A DNA stretch of 64,000 nucleotides from Octopus sinensis (taxonomy: Eukaryota): positions 27,218,001 to 27,282,000 of the forward strand of contig NC_043010.1 of the NCBI RefSeq assembly GCF_006345805.1, given 5' to 3'. The translations under genes were made by a program, and so were the position numbers. Position 1 is the first letter of the stretch; each line of letters opens with the position of its first letter. Positions 53,571 to 64,000 of the stretch are shown piece after piece. The notes beneath the pieces were generated by a model that was given only the letters and a program-made list of their open reading frames with translations, was not told where the DNA came from and made no database searches.

Positions 53571-53787
53571 AGCAGTGCTGTCAAAGCCATTCACCTGACG
53601 ACGTGCGAGTACACAACTATTGCTGGATCATATTTATATAATAATATGTATGTGTGAAACACTCAGCAACTAACAGCTGATACACAGAAACAATTGTTGT
53701 GATTTGGATTAAAGCCTGTTCATCCTGTCCTTTTGTATTGTGTGTGTGTGTGTGTGTGCGTGCGTGCGCGCGCATATATATATTAAA

Positions 53788-53992
53788 GGCGGCGAGCTGG
53801 CAGGAAGGTTAGCATATGCTTAGCGGTATTTCGTCCGTCTTTACGTTCTTTAAGTTCAAATTCCGCCGAGGTTGACTTTGCCTTTTATCCTTTAGGGGTC
53901 TATAAATTAAGTACCAGTTGCCTTCTGGGGTCGATCTAATCGACTGGGCCCCCTCCCACAAAATTTCGGTCCTTGTGCCCAGAGCAGAAAAA
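53788..53992 (+). mobile_element. SINE family A
   Basis: GGCGGCGAGCTGGCAG head, body, tail 2. Confidence 0.88.
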
Positions 53993-54163
53993 ATTATATA
54001 TATATATATATCTATAAATATATATGTGTGTGTGTGTGTGTGCGTGCGACGTGTGCGATGTGTACGTGTACGGATCGATGAATCTGCAGATCATGCTCAA
54101 TCGACCACTTTACAATCCTCGTAGCATTGATCTGTTAGATCAAATGTTCATCAACATAACAAG

Positions 54164-54234
<71 letters not shown>

Positions 54235-54409
54235 GCTCTCTCTGTCGTCGTTTTTCTCTTTATATTATCATTTATCAAAAATACCACAATCACTGTGATA
54301 CAAATCTGTCCCCGCTCAGTTATTCATTCCTAGATACACATAGTCGTACGACTCAGGTGATCAGCGATGCTTGTGAAACTCAGAAGAGGGGACAGGGAAT
54401 AATCGAAAG

Positions 54410-54806
54410 GTATTTTTTGGTTATCTCACCGCCATTAAAAACTTGGGTCATCTCCACCCAGCCACCCCGTTTTACGAGAAATATCGGTACTTCTGGTCAT
54501 CTCCTCCAACTATAAAAATTGTTTAACCCTCAATAAAACAAGAAAAAAAATTTTTTTTAATTATTGAAGATGAAAATGGAAAAAAATTAAACATCTTACT
54601 GAATCTCCTTTACTCTCTTTTATTCTTTTACTTGTTTCAGTCATTTAACTGTGGCCATGCTGGAGCACCGCCTTTAGTCGAGCAAATCGACCCCAGGACT
54701 TATTCTTTGTAAGTCTAGTACTTATTCTATCGGTCTCTTTTGCCGAACCGCTAAGTTACGGGTACGTAAACACACCAGCATCGGTTGTCAAGCGATGTTG
54801 GCGGGA

Positions 54807-54841
<35 letters not shown>

Positions 54842-55210
54842 CACACACACACACACATATATATATATGACGGGCTTCTTTCAGTTTCCGTCTCCCAAAT
54901 CCACTCACAAGGCTTTGGTCGACCCGAGGCTATAGTAGAAGACACTTGCCCAAGGTGTCACACAGTGGGACTGAATCTGGAACCATGTGGTTGGTAAGCA
55001 AGCTACTTACCACACAGCCACTCTTAATAACATTTTTATAACAAATCCTACCATTCCTCTCGACGAGGCCAAACGTCAACAATGTGTTGAAGTATTGAAT
55101 CAAAAGGATCCAACTCTCTTGTCGTCATATTATCTCGATTTTTAAGTGAGGAGGTGACCCGATTTTTTAATGGCAATTTTTTAATGGGGGTGAGATAACC
55201 AAAAATGTTC
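54410..55210. mobile_element. TIR element (MITE) interrupted by SINE B (54607-55023, minus)
   Basis: TTTTTGGTTATCTCACCGCCATTAAAAA...GGGTCATCTCC is inverted to GGAGGTGACCC...TTAATGGGGGTGAGATAACCAAAAA. Confidence 0.75.
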
Positions 55211-55547
55211 CTAATCGAAATACTACAGTAAATAATTGCACTCGACTTTTAATATTGAGTTCACTCCATCTTGCTCGCAAATTCAAACGCGTGCGCGCGC
55301 ACGCACACACAACCACTCATTCACACTTTCACACATAACTCACTCACTTATCCTTCCACCTATCCACTTTTTCGTTCACGCGCACTTATACTCAACGCGC
55401 ACTCACAGTTTCTCTCTCTCTCTCTCTCTCTCTCTTTGTCTCTTTGTCTCTTTCACATACACTCACAGATACTCACTCACGCACACAGAAACAGTTACTC
55501 ACTTATGCACACACACGTTTACTCACATTCTCACATACACTCACAAT

Positions 55548-55578
<31 letters not shown>

Positions 55579-55619
55579 GCTCTTACTCATTCACTTATAC
55601 ACACACACACATACACATC

Positions 55620-55653
<34 letters not shown>

Positions 55654-56653
55654 CTTACACATTCACTTAAACACACACGTTCTTACACATTCACTTAAAC
55701 ACACACGTTCTTACACATTCACTTACACACACACACACACATATTCACTCGCACCAACCCCTGTTCACCAATCCCCTTGTATAGACAAAACATTCCCTCC
55801 TTCCCCGCCGCTGAAACTTACAGACTCCACCACCACCACCACCACCACCACCACCACCACCAAACTCCCCCACTCCCCTCTCACTTTCCACATTCCTTCC
55901 GATCTATCCCATAGTTGCTCCCGCAAACACCACCACTACCAATACCACGACAGCTACTACAACTATCACTTATACCACTTCAATCCTTAATAGCAAAACA
56001 TTGTCACCACCACAGCCACTACTCATAAGGCTTTGGTCGGCCCGAGGCTATAGTAGAAGATACTTACCCAAGGTGCCACGCAGTGGGACTGAACCCGGAA
56101 CCATGTGGTTCGTAAGCAAACTATTTACCACACACTCCTGCTCTCTCGATCTCCTAGAAGTACCAGCTAAATCTCAGTCAAATCTCCTCAGATTTACAAA
56201 TGATTGACTCAAAAAAAAAAAAAAAAAGACGGGATGGTCCCGGCTGAAATACTCTTGCGTTGCAAGTTTTATGTGATCAGGGATGACTCAGAGCTAAAAA
56301 AAAAACAATAACAATAACAACAACAGCTACTAACAGTTCTTCAATCACCACCACCACCACCACACATACAACTATTGCCATCATCAACCTAAAACGAACG
56401 GCCCAGAAATCTACAAAATATACAGAATATGGCATTCGAGGGCGACATCATATCCTTGTCTTTTCGTCTTTCCTTGTTGCCATTTCCCCGACACTAATCT
56501 GCATCTACTTCAGCCCCGCTGCGTCAATCACTTTCGAAAACCTGGCTCCAGACTTAAAATAGCTACAAATCCACCGCCTTCGCTTCTTACCGACAACGTC
56601 AGACGACATCAAAACATAACCAGACATCGCACTCAACAACAATGATAAACATG

Positions 56654-56701
<48 letters not shown>

Positions 56702-56728
56702 ACACACATACACACGCACACATGCACG

Positions 56729-56775
<47 letters not shown>

Positions 56776-57099
56776 CACAGACTGAAAGGAGAGAGAGAGG
56801 AGGAGAGAGAAGACGAAAGTACTAGGAATTACAAACAATATCTTTACCACAAACATTACAGACACACACACACAGACACACACACACGCACACACATACA
56901 GAGGACAGAAATACTATAAGTTTTAAAGAATATCTTTTCCACAAACATTCAAAACATACATACATACAGGCAGATAAACATATTTGTGTAGAAGACGTAA
57001 ATGTATGTATGTATGTATGTAGTATGTATGTATGTATGTATGCATGTATGTGTTGTGTGTGTGTGTGTGTGTGTGTGTATGTATGATGCATCCAGAAGG

Positions 57100-57403
57100 T
57101 GGAGACACAATGGCCCAGTCGTTAGGGCAGCGGACTTGCGGTCGGAGGACCGAGGTTTCGATTCCCAGACCGGGTGTTGTGCGTGTTTATTGAGCGAAAA
57201 CACCTAAAAGCTCCCCGAGGCTCGGGCAGGGGTGGTGGCGACCCCTCTTGTACTATTTCGCCACAACTTTCTTTCACTCTCTCTTTCTGTTTCTTGAGTA
57301 ACGCTGCGATGGACTGGCGTCCCGTCCAGCTGGGGGAACACATACACCACAGAAACCGGGCCCATGAGCCTGGCTAGGCTTGAAAAGGGCGACGTTTATC
57401 GTT
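57100..57403 (+). mobile_element. SINE family D, full length with TSD
   Basis: TSD ATGCATCCAGAAGG at 57086-57099 and 57404-57417; A and B boxes present. Confidence 0.92.
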
Positions 57404-58142
57404 ATGCATCCAGAAGGCGTCAAAATGAGCAAAATTACACAAAACCATACTCAGAATAAATAAGTCCGACATTTTGTCGACAAAATTCAACAGCAACAAT
57501 GAAGGACAGACGGCATATGAGATCGGTCAAGGATTGTGTCAGTCGTATTAAGGCCTTCAATCTCTCCACAACAAACTACATCAAACAAGAGACTACAAAT
57601 AACCTGTAACGATGCCCTAGATATCATAACAGAGTGTACGATGACCACTAAGCCATTGAGAGAAATTTGGGTGGACAAGGTCGCTTTCGAAGCCCCGAGC
57701 GGAAAGTGATCTCTCAAAATTTAAAGAGGTTGTGAGTTTTATTGTTTTCCTTTTTTTCTTTAGTGAGGGGTTCACCAAGTAGGTACGGACCTGTTCTTGA
57801 CTCCCCAATGCCTGGACAGGTGAAATGAGTGAAACAAGCTCGGCAGACCATATGCACAGGCCATTTACACAAAGAAAGAAAATTATTACTAAACAAAGGG
57901 AAAACATGAGAACCTTGACATGCATTGGGTACAATTTGTTGTCACAAAAAACCTCAACCTCACATTTCAGTCTCTATGTTTAGATGGAAAACAACTTCCA
58001 ATTATCTAGACTCGCCCAACAACCCCAACAACTCATAGTACTACCACAAAATAAATGCGGGAACAAAATTTGCTTCGTGGGTGCAAACCCAGGTTCGAAA
58101 TTTTTAACAAACAAGGTTGATTTTTTTCAATCTTAAAATCAA

Positions 58143-58373
58143 AACAAACACAGATATAAGAATGGCCTCAAATTTTGGCACAACGCCAGAAGTTTATGAG
58201 GTGGGCGTGAGTCGATTACATCGATCCCAGTACTCAACTGGTTCTCCTTTTATTGGTTCCAAAAGGATCAAACCAAAGTCGATCTCGGCAGAATTTGAAT
58301 TCAGAACGTAAAGACAGACGAAATGTCGTTAAGCATTTCTCCGGCGTGCTTACGATTCTGACAGCTGGCCGCC
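58143..58373 (-). mobile_element. SINE family A (with a plus-strand 3' fragment at 58407-58525)
   Basis: Reverse body and head. Confidence 0.8.
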
Positions 58374-58929
58374 TTAAACACATCTATAATAATGGTTATT
58401 ATTATATTTGCCTTTCATCCTTTTAGGGGTTGATGAAATAAGTACCAGTTTCGCACTGGGGTCAATGTAATTGAGTTATCCCTCCCCCCAAAATTTCAGG
58501 CCTTGTGCCTATAGTTGAAAGGGTTATTATTACAGCAATCAAATATGGCAAATCCAGTAATGGAAAAGTAGTGCTTCAAATCAGTTCAAAAATGTTGCTA
58601 CGCTCATTCGTATTGGCGAAGAAGTTTTCCAGGAGGATGTTCAAAGAGTTTTCATTGCAATTTTAAGAGTCGCGCTTGCACCACCTACACCTGTTCCCGA
58701 GCATATACTGCTACAACACCCAACATTTCCTACTCAACCAAGGAGAAACATAAAACATATCTACGCAAACAGAAATTAGTTATAATGTTAATGGCGTTAC
58801 TGGTTCCAAACAACGTGCCAGGATGCACAGGGCCAACAAGTGCAGAAGGACAACAATTATTACATTCTAACCAGAGTCATTGGGGCGGCACCACTGAGGC
58901 CTCCGCCAGAATCTACAGACATGGATAAA

Positions 58930-59250
58930 GACTGGCACTTCGTGAGTGACGACGACAAGGGTTCTAGTTGATTCGATCAACAGAACACCGTACTCATGAA
59001 ATTAACGTGCAAGTGGCTAAGCACTCCACAGACACGTGTACCCTTATCGTAGTTCTCAGGGAGAGTCAGCGTGTCACAGAATTTGACAAGGCTGGGTATT
59101 TGGAATACAGGTACGACTAATATTTATCTAGCCGAGTGGACTGGGATGCGTGAAATAAAGTGTCTTGCTCAAGGACACTGTATGCTGCCAGGAATCGAAC
59201 TCACGACCTTACGATTTTGAGTCGAATTCGCAAACCACTAAGCTACGCGC
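58930..59250 (-). mobile_element. SINE family C
   Basis: Minus strand GTAGCTTAGTGG (A box), GAGTTCGATTCC (B box), CCTTGAGCAAGACACTTTATTTCAC. Confidence 0.85.
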
Positions 59251-59956
59251 ATTCCCTAGAGAAGGAAGGACTAGAAAGTGAAGAGCGTTGGAGGCAGAGA
59301 GTCGTGTGTCCAAAGTGTTATTCAGTACGAGTTATCATGAATTCCTGTATGTTAAGTAAGAGTGGAGAGTAAGGTGTTGAGGAAAAGGAAAGAAGAGGCA
59401 ACATGTCTGAATCAGGACGATTGATCTGCCTCATTCAACATCGCTGTTCGTGCGTTTAGCATTGTTACTACCGTTGAAATAGCTGGATCAGAGATGGACT
59501 GGGACTGCATAATATCATCAATGGTAACATGATCATCATCATCATCATCAACATCATCCTCGTTGCCATCGTCAATAGCAACCACGACGACGACGACGAC
59601 CACCACCACGCCACCACCACCACCAACACCAACACCACCACCACCACCGTCGCCCACGTTTTCACACATTCCCCAACAGCTCATCCCTTTAGGTTCAGAA
59701 TATTTTCAAAAATATCTAAACACTTCCCACTTTTTCTCTCACTTTCCATTTTATGTTCCTCAACATCGCCGCCACCGCCAGTACCGCCATCGTCGCAACC
59801 ATTTTTAACTCATTATAATCACACTTCGCCATATTTACTCTTCGTAATGTCACGATTTTCTCCCCTCCACCCATCCCTCTCTCACACATACCTATCCTTC
59901 TTTAAGTTTATATTTAGATTCAGTTACATCCTTCGGTGTCAGTGTGTGTGTGTGTG

Positions 59957-59995
<39 letters not shown>

Positions 59996-60279
59996 GTGTG
60001 TGTGTGCGTGTGTGTGCGCGCGCGTGTGTGAACGTGTGCTGCTTTGTACAAGTGTATATGAGTATATATACATACACTTATTTTGTAGATATACACACGC
60101 ACATAATACTTATACATGCATATATACACACATTTAGAAAACGCACGCATACATATACACACACATACATGTACGCATATGCATACATACAAAACACACA
60201 CACATATACACACGCGTATACATATAAGCATATATATACATAGATATGAATACAAACATACATATATCTATTAGATAGG

Positions 60280-60361
<82 letters not shown>

Positions 60362-60898
60362 CGTATGCACGATGGTAGATGAACAGGTAGACAGATAGAC
60401 AAACACACACACACACAAATATATGTGTGTACTTCTATAAGTATAAACACATAGATGCAAATATATATACAAACATTCACAAACGAATATGTATACGCAC
60501 ACAACAAATGTGTAGTGGTGTGTGGTGTCTGTGTGTATGTTTGTGTATGTGCGCATGTGTGTAGAGATACAATGAGTACAGAGATTTTGTTCCTTCTCAA
60601 TACAATTCTATGAGAGCCTATACATAATGCAATCACTTTTTTAGATCATTTTCCAACCGAATCTATTTGTGGCTATTAGTGAAATTTAATATTCGTTCAC
60701 TTAAAATCACAGCGGAAATTTATTATTTTTTTTTTTTGCTTTTTTTCTTGTTTTCTAAAGTTTGTCAGAGTAGACAGCAGAGCGTTTTTGATTCTGGTGT
60801 GTTCAGAATTGGGAGGCTGCTCTGGTTGATGAGCGATGCATGTTGGCATTTTATAACGAAGTAGAATTTATAAGAATTCTTGTTAAAGAATAAACCTG

Positions 60899-60943
<45 letters not shown>

Positions 60944-61987
60944 CATACATACATCATACATATATAATATATATATATATAATATACATATATTATGTAT
61001 ATATATATATATTGTATGCATCTACATGTAAGCACGCATGCATGTGTGTATACATACATATGCGTATATAGGTATATGTATGCATATATATACATGTACA
61101 TGTATGTATGACACATGCACACATACATATAGATGCATAGAGTGTGTGTGTGTTTGAGATATATGTTTATATAGGTACACATATACGTGTGTATATATTA
61201 TATATATGAATATATATGTATGTATGTGTGTATATTTGTATATATATGTTTGTCAGTGCGTGTGTGGATATACATATATATATAGATAGATATGCATACA
61301 TACATACATACACATCCGAGAAAATGAGAAAATGAAAGAATGCAAAGAGAGAGAGAGAGACAGAGAGAGAGAGTGTGTGTGTGTGTGTGTGATCTCAAGA
61401 ACAATACTACAAAATTTCAGTAAAAATAAGAAATTATATTCAAACAATTATGCTGTCACGCATGCCATACAAAAAAGACACAAAGTGACGCAAGCACCCC
61501 AATTGCCGCAGGTTGTGCATGCAAGCTTTATGCAGTCTAATTTGTATAGGGTTCTCATATCATTAATCAGACAGATGACTGCATTTCATGTTATTATAAT
61601 GAACGTCGTATTATGGGAAAGTGAATGTTCTTTTAAGGGAGGATACGCGAGGTAAACCGGAGTCAACTGTTAACCGTTTTTTTTTTATTACATTGAAACA
61701 GCGAATTGTTGATTACTTTTACTAAGAGTGATGTTTCTGTTTATTAAAGGTATATAAACATTACGCATTCAGTTTCTCTGTGTGTGTGTGTGTGTGTGTG
61801 TACGTTACAGGCAAACATTAGCATACATATGCACGCATATATATGTTGAGGTATCTTACATATATACACACACATACGTGTATACAATATATCATAAGTA
61901 CGTCTGCATGTATGTATATAATATGCATACATACACACACATTATGTATATAATATATACATATGTGTATATATATATATATATATA

Positions 61988-62053
<66 letters not shown>

Positions 62054-62067
62054 GTATATATATATAT

Positions 62068-62144
<77 letters not shown>

Positions 62145-62175
62145 TATATGTATATATATATATAGAGAGAGAGAG

Positions 62176-62223
<48 letters not shown>

Positions 62224-62559
62224 CCTGTACACAAACTCGCATAGCGTGTGTGTGAGTCTAACAAATCCACGATTAGTGAAGCATCGAAACTTTGTCACCT
62301 CTATATTATAGTTTCGTCTCCCAAACCCTTTCATATCTTTTGCAAGTTTCGTTTTGTATCTTTCCGTCACCTACTCTGTTCACTCATTTGTTCTTGTATC
62401 TATGCTTTTAGTGCTATATATGCGCCCGTCTATACCGTTACGACTCTAATATGTTAGTGGACTTTTCGAATGGACAATATTGTCTTGGGTAACAAAATTG
62501 TAATGATTTCTGATCGGCAACTTTTGAGGAGATTAGGCTTCTCCATGTCCATTTTAATG

Positions 62560-63150
62560 TGAAATAGTTGAAAAGAAAATAAGATGTAATAGTTTTGGGG
62601 GAGTAGTAATGAGAAGAGCCATTTGCAGTCTTGTCTATATTTTTATAAGCGGATATCTGCTACTATTTTTCGACTTCTTGCAAGTAGAGTAAACGAATCT
62701 TGAAGTGTCGTAACATGAGTACAGAAATACTACTACTTTCTCCCGATACGTATGGAACCTGAAAGAATATGACATAATTTTAAGATCACGGAAACGATAC
62801 CTTCATTAAATATCACCTGTGCATACCAGAAAAATACAATATGCTGAGACAGCGGTTTCATTTTCTTTCAGCTATAATTTGGAATTAATTGCTTCTGATT
62901 CTTACTAAAAGGATTTCTTGCCAACAATTTGCTTTGCCTACCAATTAAATTACACAATACCATGTAATTCTTCACCGACCTTTTTACACGCAGTTTTTCG
63001 TTGTTATATGAAATGTTTGTGGGAATAACACTGCAAATCTCCCACAGAAACGTTTATGTCTAGCTCTACTGTCCATGACAACACCCGTTAATAAAACTAT
63101 GTGGGAAAAAGTCCTAAATGTAGACCAATCATATTATATACATTCATTTT
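62560..63150 (+). pseudogene. Possible very old piggyBac transposase remnant
   Basis: Faint ordered echoes of the KPxKYGI, DxFFT, V.LxSTxH and VDQ motifs across broken frames. Confidence 0.3.
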
Positions 63151-63477
63151 GTGATATTTTCTAAGATTTGTGCCCCTGACCTTCCTCGGCCATCTGAGAC
63201 CAGTGAAGCTGACAGCGTCAAACGTTCCGCTTCAACTGCTGCACCTTTCATTAGTTTCAACTTACGGCCTGTCCCACCGTCACTGTTCTGAACCCGATTA
63301 TTCAATACTATTTTTCTATCTTTCTTTCTAAATAAACTCCTTTACCATTCCCTTGACAATATTTTGTAATCCGATACACACACACATATATAAACACACA
63401 TACACACACAGTCATCTATTTCTATGCCCCTATTATTCTCATGCTTTTTTATTCCTCCCTTCATCATCTTACTTTAA

Positions 63478-63692
63478 CCCTTAACCAATTAGATTACTTT
63501 ATCAAATGCATGCCTTCTTGCTCACATTAGTTCAAGTTAATCATGCATTATCATGTAATTGAGATTATTTTGATGATGTGATTGTTTTTGTAATGACATT
63601 GTAAAGTAGGTCTGAGAGGTCAGATCTGATCAGTTTGAAGATAAAAAGGTTGACAATTTGGGTCGGATATGGCCTGTTTAAATGCTAAACGG
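63478..63692. mobile_element. piggyBac-type MITE
   Basis: TTAA|CCCTT...AACGG|TTAA termini (TTAA at 63474-63477 and 63693-63696). Confidence 0.65.
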
Positions 63693-63939
63693 TTAATTCT
63701 CTTCTCTTGATTAATCCTTCAGCCATTCAATCAACCAGATTCGTCAGAGTGCTTTTGTTACCACTCACGACAAACCCTTGCTACTGCGGTTCTGTTTCAG
63801 ACAGACAAAGAGTAGCAAGAGTATGGCCTATGGCCTTAATCACGATCCGATCGATCAATCAATTAATGAAACAGTCGATAAATTAATTGAATGAATAGTT
63901 AAATATTTACTATGCTTAGGAAAAACTCTTTATCAAATA

Positions 63940-64000
63940 GTCGTGGTAAGAAGTCTGTTTCGCAACCACATGGTTCCAGGTTCAGTCTCACTGCGTGACA
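63940..64000 (+). mobile_element. SINE family B head, runs off the window
   Basis: GTGGTAAGAAG...CAACCACATGGTTCCAGGTTCAGTCTCACTGCGTG. Confidence 0.8.

Noticed and set aside
59412-59684. Acidic/Gly-rich minus-strand ORF
   Set aside because: Mostly trinucleotide repeats, with no supporting gene structure.

Overview
This is AT-rich, microsatellite-dense animal DNA, intergenic or intronic, with one 100-N gap. The SINE repertoire suggests an Octopus-type coleoid cephalopod; that is inference, not a database result. I find no intact protein-coding gene, and nearly all listed ORFs are simple-repeat artefacts. The window is a mosaic of mobile elements. These include four tRNA-derived SINE families (labelled A-D here), decayed DNA transposons (pogo/Tigger, DD41D rosa-type, DD37D maT-type, mariner MITEs, hAT, piggyBac-type MITEs) and 5'-truncated non-LTR retrotransposons (Dong/R4, CRE-like, Tx1-like, RTE-like, Penelope-like). 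The most notable signal is a set of type I hammerhead-ribozyme-like motifs with non-canonical cores, mostly beside (TA)n tracts. First, a 7.4-8.1 kb element carries three copies (one inverted, two tandem) of a hammerhead with a compensatory U3:A8 core pair. Second, a ~480-bp element with 95-bp inverted arms encloses an A6U-variant hammerhead. Third, three minimal hammerheads show stem-I covariation. Coordinates were read by eye, and boundaries of decayed repeats are approximate.
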